Shown here: positions 18,805-28,700 of the stretch, one piece after another | How positions within the stretch are numbered: position 1 is the stretch's first letter | Layout of the letters: every line of letters starts with the position of its first letter | NCBI GenBank assembly: GCA_964421815.1 | Contig: CAYQYT010000002.1 | Location: forward strand, 33,396-97,395 | Reading direction: 5' to 3' | Length of the DNA stretch: 64,000 nucleotides | Source of the DNA: an uncultured Eubacteriales bacterium | GTDB taxonomy: Bacteria; Bacillota; Clostridia; Oscillospirales; Acutalibacteraceae | Notes under the pieces: generated by a model | The model's database searches: none | Seen by the model: the letters and a program-made list of their open reading frames with translations, nothing else | Told to the model about the DNA's origin: nothing | Program-made: the position numbers and the translations under genes

Positions 18805-19794
18805 TTATCGTTCCTCACGGAAATAGTTAAGACCAAGGCTTTGAGGGGGTTGATGCTCCCTCTTTTTACGCATGCTTGTGATTATAAGAACAATTATTGT
18901 TACAACATAGGGAAGCATTTTGAAAAGTTCCTGTGTTTCAGTACCAAGGCCGGGAATATAGTTGTTTGCGTTGCAGAGTGCACCGAAAACAAAGGAGCCT
19001 ACAATGGCAACCGAGGGTTTCCAGAGAGCGAAAATAACAAGTGCAATAGCCATCCAACCGCGGTCACCGAATGCGTTGTTGGACCAAACACCACTGGCAT
19101 AAGCCATAACATACTGAAGACCGCCCAAACCTGCAATAGCACTACCGATACAGGTTGCGGCATAGCGATATTTGGTAACATTTATACCTGCCGCATCAGC
19201 GGTGGCAGGGTTTTCACCAACGGAACGAAGGTTAAGACCCGTGCGTGTGCGATTGAGGAAGAACGAAGCCGCCAAGGCAATTACAAGGGCAAGATATGTC
19301 ATAAAATCGTGGGAGAAGAACAGTTCACCGAACCAACCCAAATCATCGGCAAAGGGAAGTTTGGCGGAGAAGAACGAACTTGTCTTTGTAAGTGCGATTG
19401 AAGGGAGTTCGCTTTTTGTAATATTGATGAGGGATGCACCGAGGAAGTTACCCAAGCCGATACCGAGGGTTGTAAGTGCAAGACCCGTAACATTCTGATT
19501 TGCGTGGAGAGTTACTGTAAGGAAACTGTAAACCAGTCCCATAATAACCGCTCCTGCAACGGAACACAAAAGGGGGATTATAACCGCAAGAAAAGCGTTC
19601 ATATTGGCTATATCATTGCCGCAGGCATTTTCATAAATGAATGAGCCTACAACACCGCTGATGGCACCAACATACATAACACCGGGAATACCCAGGTTGA
19701 GATGTCCGGATTTTTCCGTAATAATTTCACCGGTTGAGCCGTAGAGAAGCGGCACACCAAGGAGAATTGCACGGCAAATGAACTGAATAATCAT
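18805..19794 (-). CDS. ABC transporter permease (BMP/nucleoside-type, NupQ/YufQ-like)
   Basis: 329 aa and polytopic. It is the last gene of the SBP-ATPase-permease-permease operon and overlaps the upstream permease by 4 nt. Confidence 0.8.
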   Translation of the reverse strand: MIIQFICRAILLGVPLLYGSTGEIITEKSGHLNLGIPGVMYVGAISGVVGSFIYENACGNDIANMNAFLAVIIPLLCSVAGAVIMGLVYSFLTVTLHANQNVTGLALTTLGIGLGNFLGASLINITKSELPSIALTKTSSFFSAKLPFADDLGWFGELFFSHDFMTYLALVIALAASFFLNRTRTGLNLRSVGENPATADAAGINVTKYRYAATCIGSAIAGLGGLQYVMAYASGVWSNNAFGDRGWMAIALVIFALWKPSVAIVGSFVFGALCNANNYIPGLGTETQELFKMLPYVVTIIVLIITSMRKKREHQPPQSLGLNYFREER

Positions 19795-20909
19795 GCTTTA
19801 ACCTCCTTTTTGCTGTGACGGAATTTAACGGAGTATTGAATAAAGAATTCACAGCCAACAAGCATAAGAATAACAATACCCACAATGATTTCCGAGAAAG
19901 ATGAGTTGAGGCGTGAAGTGTCGGCAACCTTTGAAACACCGATTCTCAAGAAGACCACAATAGCGGTCATAACCGTCATAATAAAGGGGTTAAACTGACC
20001 AAGCCAGGACATAAGAATTGCGGTAAAGCCTTGACCGCCAACAAGGTTTGTGTTAATGCTGTGGTCCTTACCGGCAACAAGGAGCATACCCGTAACACCG
20101 CACAAGGCACCGGAAATAAGCATGGTACGTATAATAACCTTTTTGACGTTGATACCGATGTAGCGGGCGGTGTTTTGACTTTCGCCCACAACGGAAATCT
20201 CGTAACCCTGCTTGCTGTATTTAAGGTAAATGTACATAACCACGGTGATAAGAGCCACAGTTAAAATGTTTATGAAATATTCGTTGTTGCCCACAGCGGG
20301 GAAATTACCGTAGGGTACGGGGTTAATAACATTTGAGCCGCCGCCCTCTATGTAAACGTAGTATGCGATAATCTGTGTGGCAATGTAGTTCATCATAAGG
20401 GTGAAAAGAGTTTCGTTGGTGTTAAACAACGCTTTGAAAACTGCGGGAATAACACCCCAGAGAGCACCCGCGAGAATGCTTGTAACGGCAATGACAACAA
20501 TCAGAGCACCGTAGGGGAGTTTTTCACCGAATTCAATCATACAGAATATGGTGGCAAGACCGCCCATGAGAGCCTGACCTTCGGCACCGCAGTTCCAGAA
20601 TTTCATTTTAAAAGCGGGTGTAAGGGCGAGAGCGAGGCAGAGAAGAATTGCAATTTCCTGCAAATACTTCCAGAGCATCGTGGTGCTTCCCTGAAAAAGT
20701 CTGCCGAAAACACCGGAAAACATAATTTGGTATGTTTCCCCGAGATTTTTTTCGGTAATTGCCATTGAAAGAAATCCCACAAGGAGAAAGCTTATTAAAA
20801 TTGTGCAACCACGGATAAGCCACGCTTTCCATTGGGGCATATCGTCCCGCTTAACAATATGGAAAAGGGGCTCATGATGTTTTGTTTGAGTGTGTTTAGC
20901 CATTGTCAT
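19791..20909 (-). CDS. ABC transporter permease (NupP/YufP-like)
   Basis: 372 aa and polytopic. It overlaps the ATPase gene. Confidence 0.8.
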   Translation of the reverse strand: MTMAKHTQTKHHEPLFHIVKRDDMPQWKAWLIRGCTILISFLLVGFLSMAITEKNLGETYQIMFSGVFGRLFQGSTTMLWKYLQEIAILLCLALALTPAFKMKFWNCGAEGQALMGGLATIFCMIEFGEKLPYGALIVVIAVTSILAGALWGVIPAVFKALFNTNETLFTLMMNYIATQIIAYYVYIEGGGSNVINPVPYGNFPAVGNNEYFINILTVALITVVMYIYLKYSKQGYEISVVGESQNTARYIGINVKKVIIRTMLISGALCGVTGMLLVAGKDHSINTNLVGGQGFTAILMSWLGQFNPFIMTVMTAIVVFLRIGVSKVADTSRLNSSFSEIIVGIVILMLVGCEFFIQYSVKFRHSKKEVKA

Positions 20910-22440
20910 TCTCCTTTCCGTTATTGTCCGATTTTGTCATAAGATAACCGATTTCTTCTTTTGTGGCAGTGCGGGCATCCACAACACCCGTGATTTTACC
21001 GGAGCCGATAACCATAATCCTGTCGCAAAGTTCAAGAAGAACATCAAGGTCCTCGCCCACGAAGATAATTGCAACACCTTTTTCTTTCTGTTCGTTGAGA
21101 AGATTATAAATCATATAGGATGAGTTTATATCAAGACCGCGGACGGGGTAGGCGACCATGAGAACCGTGGGTGAGGAAGCAATTTCCCTGCCCACAAGAA
21201 CTTTTTGCACGTTACCGCCGGAAAGACGGCGGACGGGAGTGTTTGCGCCGGGGGTTACAACCTCAAGGTCGTTGATTATTTTGTTTGCAAGGTCCTTGGG
21301 ATTTTTACGTTTAAGAAAAACGGAGTGACCCTTTGTGTAGCTTCGGAGCATCATATTATCAACAATGTCCATATTGCCCACAAGGCCCATACCAAGTCTG
21401 TCCTCGGGAACGAATGAAAGCCGGACGCCCATCTGCCTTATCTGTAAAGGAGTTTTGTCCCTGAGACTTTCCTTTTTGCCTGTTTTGGGGTCAAAGTAGA
21501 AAATATCGCCGTATTCAATCCTTTGCAGACCTGCGATTGATTCGAGCAGTTCTCTCTGTCCCGAACCCGCAATACCTGCAATACCGAGGATTTCGCCGCT
21601 GTTTGCGGTAAAGGAAACATTGTCAAGAACCGTTGCACCGACTCTGTCAACACAGGTGATACTGTTTACCGTAAGTCTTTCACGGGGATTTACGGGGTCG
21701 GCACGTTGAATGTTAAGGTCAACCTTTTTGCCCACCATCATTTCCGTAAGTTCCGATTCGTTTGTTTCGGCAGTATTTACCGTACCCACGTATTCACCCT
21801 TGCGGAGCACGGAAACTCTGTCGGAAAGGGAGAGAACCTCGTGGAGTTTGTGTGTGATAATGATGATGCATTTACCGTCATCACGCATTCTGCGGAGAAT
21901 ATTGAACAACTTTTCGGTTTCCTGGGGGGTAAGAACGGCTGTGGGTTCGTCAAGAATGAGAATATCGGCACCTCTGTAAAGAACCTTGACAATTTCCACG
22001 GTCTGTTTTTCGGAAACCGACATTGTGTAAATTTTCTTTTGGGGGTCAATTTCAAAGCCGTATTGTTCGCTGATTCTCTTGATTTGCTCCGCGGAAGAAG
22101 CAAGATTGTATTTGCCGTCCTCAATGCCCAACACAATGTTTTCCGCGGCACTGAAAACATCAACAAGTTTAAAATGCTGATGAATCATACCTATTTTGTA
22201 GGTGAACGCATCCTTGGGGGATTGGATACGGGCTTCTTCTCCATCAATGAAAATCTGACCTTCGTCGGGGAAATAAATACCCGAAATCATATTCATAAGA
22301 GTGGTCTTACCGCTTCCGTTTTCGCCTAAAATGGAAAGAATCTCACCACGGTAAGCGGTAAGATTAACATTTTTGTTGGCGACTACTTTGCCGAAAGTTT
22401 TGGTAATGTTTTTAAGTTCAATAGCAGGTTGTTTAGCCAC
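20896..22440 (-). CDS. ABC transporter ATP-binding protein with two fused nucleotide-binding domains
   Basis: 514 aa with Walker A GENGSGKTT, a Walker B ILILDEP, and a second NBD with LSGGNVQK. Confidence 0.9.
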   Translation of the reverse strand: MAKQPAIELKNITKTFGKVVANKNVNLTAYRGEILSILGENGSGKTTLMNMISGIYFPDEGQIFIDGEEARIQSPKDAFTYKIGMIHQHFKLVDVFSAAENIVLGIEDGKYNLASSAEQIKRISEQYGFEIDPQKKIYTMSVSEKQTVEIVKVLYRGADILILDEPTAVLTPQETEKLFNILRRMRDDGKCIIIITHKLHEVLSLSDRVSVLRKGEYVGTVNTAETNESELTEMMVGKKVDLNIQRADPVNPRERLTVNSITCVDRVGATVLDNVSFTANSGEILGIAGIAGSGQRELLESIAGLQRIEYGDIFYFDPKTGKKESLRDKTPLQIRQMGVRLSFVPEDRLGMGLVGNMDIVDNMMLRSYTKGHSVFLKRKNPKDLANKIINDLEVVTPGANTPVRRLSGGNVQKVLVGREIASSPTVLMVAYPVRGLDINSSYMIYNLLNEQKEKGVAIIFVGEDLDVLLELCDRIMVIGSGKITGVVDARTATKEEIGYLMTKSDNNGKENDNG

Positions 22441-22466
22441 AGTAAACCTCCGTTCGTACTAATTCT

Positions 22467-22540
22467 GAAGAAACGGTTACAAAGGTTTTGGAGCCGTTTC
22501 TTCAAAATCAGTCCGGGGCGGGAGTTTCCTCCCGCCCGGG
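22467..22540 (-). promoter_or_regulatory. two intercistronic hairpins between the binding-protein gene and the ATPase gene (probable partial terminator or mRNA stabiliser)
   Basis: Minus strand: CCGGGCGGGAGG-aaac-TCCCGCCCCGG, then GAAGAAACGG...CCGTTTCTTC. No strong U-tract follows. Confidence 0.45.
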
Positions 22541-22553
22541 TTTTAATTACTTA

Positions 22554-23789
22554 TTAGCCGTAATTTCTGTCAAGGAGAGTGATACCGTCGATTTCAACGT
22601 CGAAGTAGGGAGCGGAACGGTGTTTTGATTCATAGAATACGCCGTTTTCGATAACTTCCGTATCTTTCTCGAAGTTTGCGTCAGTATCAACATCAGCAAG
22701 GTAGCTTGTTAATTTTTCGCCCTTAACCGTGAAGTTAGCGGTGTCGAAAACATTGATTGAACCGTCAAGGAGTTTAGCCTTAACGTCAGCAACCTTATCA
22801 GCAGTGCCTTCAGCGGCAGCCTTTTCATTGATATCTGTAAGAACAACTGAGCCTGTTTCGATTGTACCTGTCCAGTCGGTGTCAATAGCAGTACCGTTCT
22901 GAACACATTCAATCATGTATTTGAAGTAGGGAGTCCAGTCGATTCTTGAAGAAACGATGAATGTGTTGGGGCAAGCGGCAACAGTTGAACCGTTGTAAGA
23001 AACGTTGGGAACACCTGCTTTTTCGCAAGCTGTGGGAGCGCCCATTGAGTCAGCGTGCTGGCTGATAAGAACGCAACCGCCGGAAATAAGAGCCTGTGCG
23101 GCTTCTTTTTCGAGCTGTTCGTCATACCAGGAGCCTGTGAACTTAACATCCATTGTAACAGAGGGGCAAACAGATTTTGCACCAAGGTAGAAGGATGTGT
23201 AACCGGAAATAACTTCTGCGTAAGTGAAAGCGCCTACATAACCCATTTTAGCCTTGTCAGCGGTGATGTCGCCCTTGTCAATCATTTCGTTGAGTTTAAG
23301 ACCTGCGGCAACGCCTGCAAGGTATCTGCCCTGGTAGATTGAAGCAAAGGAGTTGTGGAAGTTTGCAAGACCTGCTGTGTGAGCCTGTGTACCTGTTGCG
23401 TGGCAGAACTGAACATCGGGGTATTTTTTAGCAGCGTCAATAAGGAAAGACTCATGGCCGAAGCTGTCTGCAAAGATGATGTTGCATCCGTCAACTTCAA
23501 TAAGTTCAACGGCAGCGTCGTAGCAGTCTTTTGACTCGGGAATCTGAGTCTTCTGAGCATATTCAACACCCATTTCTTCACAAGCGGCTTTTGCACCGTC
23601 CATGAAGTTTCTGTCATAGGTTGACTGCTCGTCATGAAGGAAGATGAAACCAACTTTAACTTCTGCTTTATTAGCGGGAGCGGCAGTTGTGTCATCGCCT
23701 GCGGGTGTTTTCTCGCCGCATGCTGCGAAGCAGCCTACTACCAATACAAGAGCAAGGCAGAGAGCGAGAACTTTTGTGAATTTTTTCAT
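22554..23789 (-). CDS. BMP-family lipoprotein, substrate-binding component of a nucleoside/purine ABC importer
   Basis: 411 aa with signal peptide plus lipobox (LVVGCFAAC). The fold signature is Med/PnrA/TmpC-like (KVGFIFLHDEQSTYDRNF). Confidence 0.8.
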   Translation of the reverse strand: MKKFTKVLALCLALVLVVGCFAACGEKTPAGDDTTAAPANKAEVKVGFIFLHDEQSTYDRNFMDGAKAACEEMGVEYAQKTQIPESKDCYDAAVELIEVDGCNIIFADSFGHESFLIDAAKKYPDVQFCHATGTQAHTAGLANFHNSFASIYQGRYLAGVAAGLKLNEMIDKGDITADKAKMGYVGAFTYAEVISGYTSFYLGAKSVCPSVTMDVKFTGSWYDEQLEKEAAQALISGGCVLISQHADSMGAPTACEKAGVPNVSYNGSTVAACPNTFIVSSRIDWTPYFKYMIECVQNGTAIDTDWTGTIETGSVVLTDINEKAAAEGTADKVADVKAKLLDGSINVFDTANFTVKGEKLTSYLADVDTDANFEKDTEVIENGVFYESKHRSAPYFDVEIDGITLLDRNYG

Positions 23790-23822
23790 TCTTGTGACCT
23801 CCGTTTATGGAATTTTTTATTT

Positions 23823-24407
23823 TCAGCAATCCTCGTCAGGTGTGAAAGTTATTTTACCGTCACACATACTGTCAACGATTGCTAAAGACCTGACTTTGTA
23901 GCCCTTTTGACGAAGTGCTTTACCGCCGGGCTGGAAGCCCTTTTCAATGGCAATACCGATGCCCACAACCTCTGCACCGGCTTGTCCGATAATGTCAATG
24001 AGAGCATTGCAAGCGTTACCGCCCGCCATAAAATCGTCAATAATTAGCACCTTATCGTTTTCATTAAGGTATTTTTTGGAAATTTTCATTTGATAATCTT
24101 TGCCGTGGGTGAAAGAATAACAGTTGGCGGTATAAACATCGCTACCTACATTTTTGTGGTCGCCCTTTTTGGCAAAGAGGGCGGGGATTCCGAAACGCAG
24201 AGCCGTGGCAACAGCCATTGGGATTCCCGAAGATTCAATGGTGACAACCTTTGTGGCGCCGCAGTCCTTGAACAGTCGGTAAAACTCCTTGCCCATTTCG
24301 TCAATGAGGATGGGATCCACCTGGTGATTGAGGAACATATCCACCTTTAAAATATCGGTACCGATAGCCACGCCGTCCTTAGCGATTCTCTCTTCCAAAA
24401 GTTTCAT
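23823..24407 (-). CDS. xpt: xanthine phosphoribosyltransferase
   Basis: The ORF is trimmed to the internal ATG (MKLLEERIAKDGVAIGTDILKVDMFLNHQVDP), giving 194 aa. The PRPP-binding motif is VLIIDDFMAGGNA. Confidence 0.85.
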   Translation of the reverse strand: MKLLEERIAKDGVAIGTDILKVDMFLNHQVDPILIDEMGKEFYRLFKDCGATKVVTIESSGIPMAVATALRFGIPALFAKKGDHKNVGSDVYTANCYSFTHGKDYQMKISKKYLNENDKVLIIDDFMAGGNACNALIDIIGQAGAEVVGIGIAIEKGFQPGGKALRQKGYKVRSLAIVDSMCDGKITFTPDEDC

Positions 24408-24446
24408 CTGAAAATCTCCCACTCGTTCAAAAAATGTACACAAATC

Positions 24447-24475
24447 ATTATACATATATTGTCGAAATATTGCAA
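24447..24475 (-). promoter_or_regulatory. sigma-A-type promoter of xpt
   Basis: On the minus strand: TTGCAA, 17 nt, TATAAT. The leader is only about 35 nt long. Confidence 0.55.
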
Positions 24476-25033
24476 TAGAAAACCGATACAAAAAATAAAA
24501 TATTTTTTGTCGTAAAAATGTGCAATCGGCAAAGATTGCAGAAGGCTTTTTCGGGTCTTTTGGGTATCGTCAAATTGCACAAATATATTTTTGAAAACGC
24601 TGCAAAAATGCAGAACGAATGTTGTTTTAAGTGTAAAGGTATTTCATTTTACAGGGAAGTTTTTTGCATTTTTCTCTGTGATGCTTTAATGCAATTACTT
24701 CCCGATAAAATAAGGAAAAAATCTTAATAATCGAACAATTTTTCTGCATTTGCGGTTTTGGAGAAAAAACGCAAATTGTAAAGAACATACACTTTACACA
24801 TATAATTGTTAAAAATTCACAATAAACAGCAGATCCATACCGTTTGCCCCGAGGGAATAAAAACCCGGGTAAACATAAAAACAGAGGGAGGGTATCACCT
24901 GTTCCGAGGCTGATAAAATCGCCGGAACGATTACGGCAACTTTTCATCGCAATTCTGAAATCTTCGGCTTTGATTTTATTTCTCAAAATTTCGTAAAAAA
25001 TACCAAAATAATCCACTTTCGGCAAGGGGCTTT

Positions 25034-25044
25034 ACGCACGCGTA
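25034..25044 (+). repeat. left copy of the 11-bp direct repeat ACGCACGCGTA bracketing the structured-RNA element
   Basis: An exact 11-mer recurs at 25675-25685. The flanks also match (TTnACGCACGCGTA). Confidence 0.8.
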
Positions 25045-25084
25045 ACACATTATAAGAAAAAATACATAATTTTCCGCGAAAGTA

Positions 25085-25113
25085 TTGACAAGCAGAGCAG
25101 CATATTGTATTAT
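25085..25113 (+). promoter_or_regulatory. near-consensus sigma-A promoter
   Basis: TTGACA (25085-25090), 17 nt, TATTAT (25108-25113). It lies about 610 nt upstream of the next start codon. Confidence 0.6.
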
Positions 25114-25119
25114 TAGTGT

Positions 25120-25670
25120 GACCATAAGGTTGGGGCAGTGGGGGTATTATACCCTCAAGCCGAAAAGGTCGGTTTTCGGCCTCGGTTTGTGAGGCACAAT
25201 TTCGGTCGGGTGAAACAAACACTCGGGTTTCGGTACGGCGTATGCCGTTTCCGCGGAGAATATCTCCGAATCGTGTGTTTGTTTTGCCCGGGCGGAAAGG
25301 TCAGTACCTCTCCTGTCTTATAAAGTGTGTGGGCGCTAAGTGCACAAAGCGGTGCTGCAGGGTGCAGCAGCGGTGGAGTGCGCGGCGGTCGGTAACGACA
25401 TAACGCTCACCGCTATGCGCTCTGAGCAATTCGGCGCTGTGCACTTTGTAAACGGCCCACGGTTAGTCACATCCTATCGGACGCGGAGTTTTAAACGGCG
25501 GTGGGGGATTTCACTTTTGTTCGGCAAGGTTCTTGCCCTGCCGCCCTTCGGGTGTTATTCTTTTGCCGGTTTTGTCCGGGCTCTGTGTCGTTACGGAAAT
25601 TTATGAAAGGGGGACTGTGCGACAGAAATGTTTTTCCGCAATCGGTGCGTGTTTGCGGTATTCGTTTTTA
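25120..25670 (+). ncRNA. candidate large structured RNA or long structured 5' leader (unclassified)
   Basis: This stretch is visibly more G+C-rich than its AT-rich flanks. Nested helices include GCCGAAAA/TTTTCGGC and CAAACAC(25215)...GTGTTTG enclosing CGGC-gtat-GCCG and CGGAGA-atat-TCTCCG. Others are GTGGGC(25329)...GCCCAC(25460) enclosing GTGCACA...TGTGCAC and GCTGCA-ggg-TGCAGC, plus GGCAAG-gtt-CTTGCC. It ends with the weak terminator-like CCGCAA...TTGCGG tattcGTTTTT (25636-25670). No ORF with an RBS was found. Confidence 0.45.
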
Positions 25671-25674
25671 GTTA

Positions 25675-25685
25675 ACGCACGCGTA
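25675..25685 (+). repeat. right copy of the 11-bp direct repeat ACGCACGCGTA
   Basis: Exact match to 25034-25044, 641 bp away. Confidence 0.8.
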
Positions 25686-25724
25686 TTTTATGTATTGGCG
25701 TACAAAAAATATGGAGGTAAATTT

Positions 25725-28700
25725 ATGAAACAATCCACTAAATTGTTAAGCATGATTCTTGCACTCATAATGGCATTTAGTTGTATGACTGTTATCGGTA
25801 GCGCTACAAAAGAAGACGTTACCAAAGATAAAATGACATATGACTCAGTTGACGACGCTATTCTTAGTGCAGAACAGGCTGCAACAGTTCTTTTCAACTA
25901 TTTGGATGCATCAGTAATGCCCGGCTTGGGTACTGTGGACCTCAGTGTTCTCGGTGAATTGAATCTTACAAGTATCGACAATGCTGTATCATCCATCTAC
26001 AACTTACTTAACAACGGTACTGTAGGTTTTTTGGCTGTTTCGGTAACCGACCTTAAAAACCTGACCGCAGGTAAGAATCTTCTTAAAGGCGTTCAGAGAA
26101 GCGGCGGCGACCTTAATGTAGCCTATGCCCTTTTCAACTACCTTGGAGCAGACGGAACCGTGAAGGTTGTTAAAAAAGCACCCTACGGTCTTCTTACCAG
26201 TAACGGTATTTCCCTCGGTTCACTCCTTAACGGTATAGTCAAGAGCTTCGCTGATATCAGTGAAATCAATGGTATTCTCACAGACATCAACGGTTATGTA
26301 ACCAAGATGGTTTACGACATGCTCATCCACGGCTCCTATAAAGAGGGTTATGAGAACAACAGCTATCCTTCCGCTGAAGATCTCGGCGGCACACTTCCTG
26401 CCGGGTTAACTACTATTGACAGCATAATCGACATGGCTGTTGCAGGTCTTCTTACAAGCCCTCAGGATTATGAATGGGATGAAGTTACACCTACATTGAA
26501 AAATTGGGATATGAATTCCTATGTTATGCCCACATTTGCAAACAACTATACTGCAGCAGATGCGGCAACATATCTCAGCCTTTCAAATCCAAGCAACAGC
26601 ATTTTTGCTCTTCTTGACAAAGTTGCTCCCTATGCAATTTATGACCTTGGTATCAATCCTCTTAACAACAACCTCAAGAAAGCTCTCTTTGACGCTGTTG
26701 AGGCAGAGACTAAAGAAATTGATATAAGCAAGGTTCCCGCAGATGCTAAAACAGCATTTGAAGCCGACAAGGAAGATGGTACTGAAAGTTATATAACATA
26801 CATCTCATACGACAAAATCTTCAAGAGCAGCGACGGTGAGTGGTATTATACAACTCTCAAGAACTCAGAGAAAATCGGTTCTAACGGTGAGCCGGAGACT
26901 GATAAAGACGGCAATGTAGTTATTGAAAAGGTTCGTAAATATTACAGAATCAACACTGCGTCTGCAAACTCTTTCTTCGATCTCATTAACTGGGATTGGA
27001 ACATTACTGCTCCCAACCCCGTTAACGGTACAGCAACCGGAGCAATCAATGAACTTGATTATGCAGGACTTATCAGCCAATACGGTTCAATCACTCAGGC
27101 TCTTAACCATCTTGTATATATCGTTGCTGAAAACGCACTTTCCGACTATGCAGGAAAGTACTTTAACGAAGTAGTTTACGGTGATGCAGAGGCAGGTAAC
27201 CCCATCTGGAAAGACGGAGCTACATCCGCGGCAGAAGGTAATTCAACCGTATTCCTTAAAAACGTTGAGCGCATCGTTAAATTCCTTCTTGCGGAATATG
27301 CAGATAAGATTTTCGGTGAGGATTCACCCTATGTTGCTTGGGAATATTCAGATGTTGAAAATATGACTCTTGTTGAGCTCATTGCACACATCGGTCCCAC
27401 ATTCTTTGAGGATGCAATGCCCCAGCTTATCATGCCCAAGGATGAAAATGGCTTGGTAGCATTCCACGACGGTGTTCAGATTCTTGAATTCGGTGCAATT
27501 GTAATCCGTGAGTTTATGACTGAAATTACTCCCGATGTCAACTACGATGCACAGATTTTTGCAGCAGGCACATTGACCTCTGCAGGAGGCAGACAGTTCG
27601 CGAGTCATTCCGCAGACGAATGGTTCGACCTTATTCTTAATATGGGTATGGACATTGCCTACACATATCTCAACCAGATTACAAACTTCAACACTGCTAT
27701 TCCTGCACAGGAAATCACAGCAACACGTTGGCAGGGTATGCTTGACAACGCAATCCTTTGGGCTGTTGGCTACGTAAGCAGCGCGGACGGTGCAAACGGC
27801 GTTCTTAAAGGCATTTCAAAGAATGAAGTTAGCGCAATTACCGGTCCTCTCAATAAGCTCAGCTACATCTTAAACACAATCCTTCCTCTTGAATTTGTTA
27901 ACGGATGCACAACCGCAGCTTATGACCTTGACGTTGAAGTACTGTTTAACAAGGTTAAAGATCTCTTCCAGAACTTCAACCTTGATACAATTGTTAGTCT
28001 CTTCGGACGTAACACAGACCCAAACACCTACAACATTCTTAACACAGGTGACGTTGTTACAACCCTTCTTGATGTTGTAGATAACATTCTTGCTCTTGTG
28101 CTCAGAGCCCAACTTCTCGGCACACACGAAAGTGTTAACGCTCTGCTTCAGAGTGATAACCTCAGCACGGTAATCGCAAATCTTCTTAACCAGCTTGAAG
28201 CAAGTGCACCTGCTCTTCTTACAAGTGCTCTTCCCGTAGTTTGTAAGCTTATTCCCGATTTGGGCGGCGAACAGGAACTCGGTGAACCCAGCATCGGTCT
28301 CAGAACTACTGTTGGTCTTAACAACGGTGCTTCTCCCACGGATAAAGACACGGGAGCTGTTAAAACCACTTTCATGATTACAAACGGTTCAACAGGTCTT
28401 TGGAGAGGTTATAAGGACGCAAGCGGCAACACTCAGAATGATAACCATTACAAATACCAGATTACCGATGTAAAGGCTTATAACTATGATGGTTCTGCTT
28501 CACCCTATATTACAAACATAACTCTTAGTGCCAAAGAACTTGACTACAGCCAAGCAGCAACAGTTACTTATACAGTTGCCAACGTAACCGACCCCGGTGT
28601 CATTGTCAGATTCGACGTATCATATAAGGTTCTTGATGAAGACGGCAATGCTCTTGCTAATAAGACGTTTGTAAAGTCATCCTATGCATGGTTGAGTTAT

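Noticed and set aside
18802-19498. Plus-strand ORFs (199 and 108 aa) overlapping the ABC permease gene
   Set aside because: They are antisense to a well-supported polytopic permease, with no RBS and an odd Cys/Gly/Thr-rich composition.
21706-22329. 207-aa plus-strand ORF and other antisense ORFs within the ABC ATPase gene
   Set aside because: They lie opposite a gene with unambiguous Walker and signature motifs. They have no independent support.
24408-24620. Expected purine (guanine/xanthine) riboswitch upstream of xpt on the minus strand
   Set aside because: The promoter (TTGCAA, 17 nt, TATAAT) lies only about 35 nt from the start codon. The reverse complement of the upstream 200 nt lacks the conserved purine-riboswitch junction and loop elements. 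The region is AT-rich with no three-way junction.
24627-25025. 132-aa minus-strand ORF in the AT-rich half of the large intergenic gap
   Set aside because: It has no RBS, a Cys/Phe/Ile/Lys-rich composition typical of random AT-rich translation, and no recognisable motif.
25138-25606. ORFs 25138-25323 (61 aa) and 25340-25606 (88 aa, non-ATG start) inside the G+C-rich block
   Set aside because: They have no Shine-Dalgarno sequence. Their composition is Arg/Gly/Ala-rich, typical of translated structured RNA. They are interrupted by the helices described in the finding, so I treated them as non-coding.
25120-25670. Possible identity of the structured block with RNase P RNA, tmRNA, SRP RNA or a group II intron
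   Set aside because: I could not find GAGGAAAGTCC or the P4 3' strand of RNase P. There is no tmRNA 5' GGGG...3' CCA acceptor or tag ORF, no SRP domain IV motif and no group II domain V consensus. GTCCGGGCTC at about 25573 is only a partial chance resemblance to RNase P P4. This still needs cmscan.
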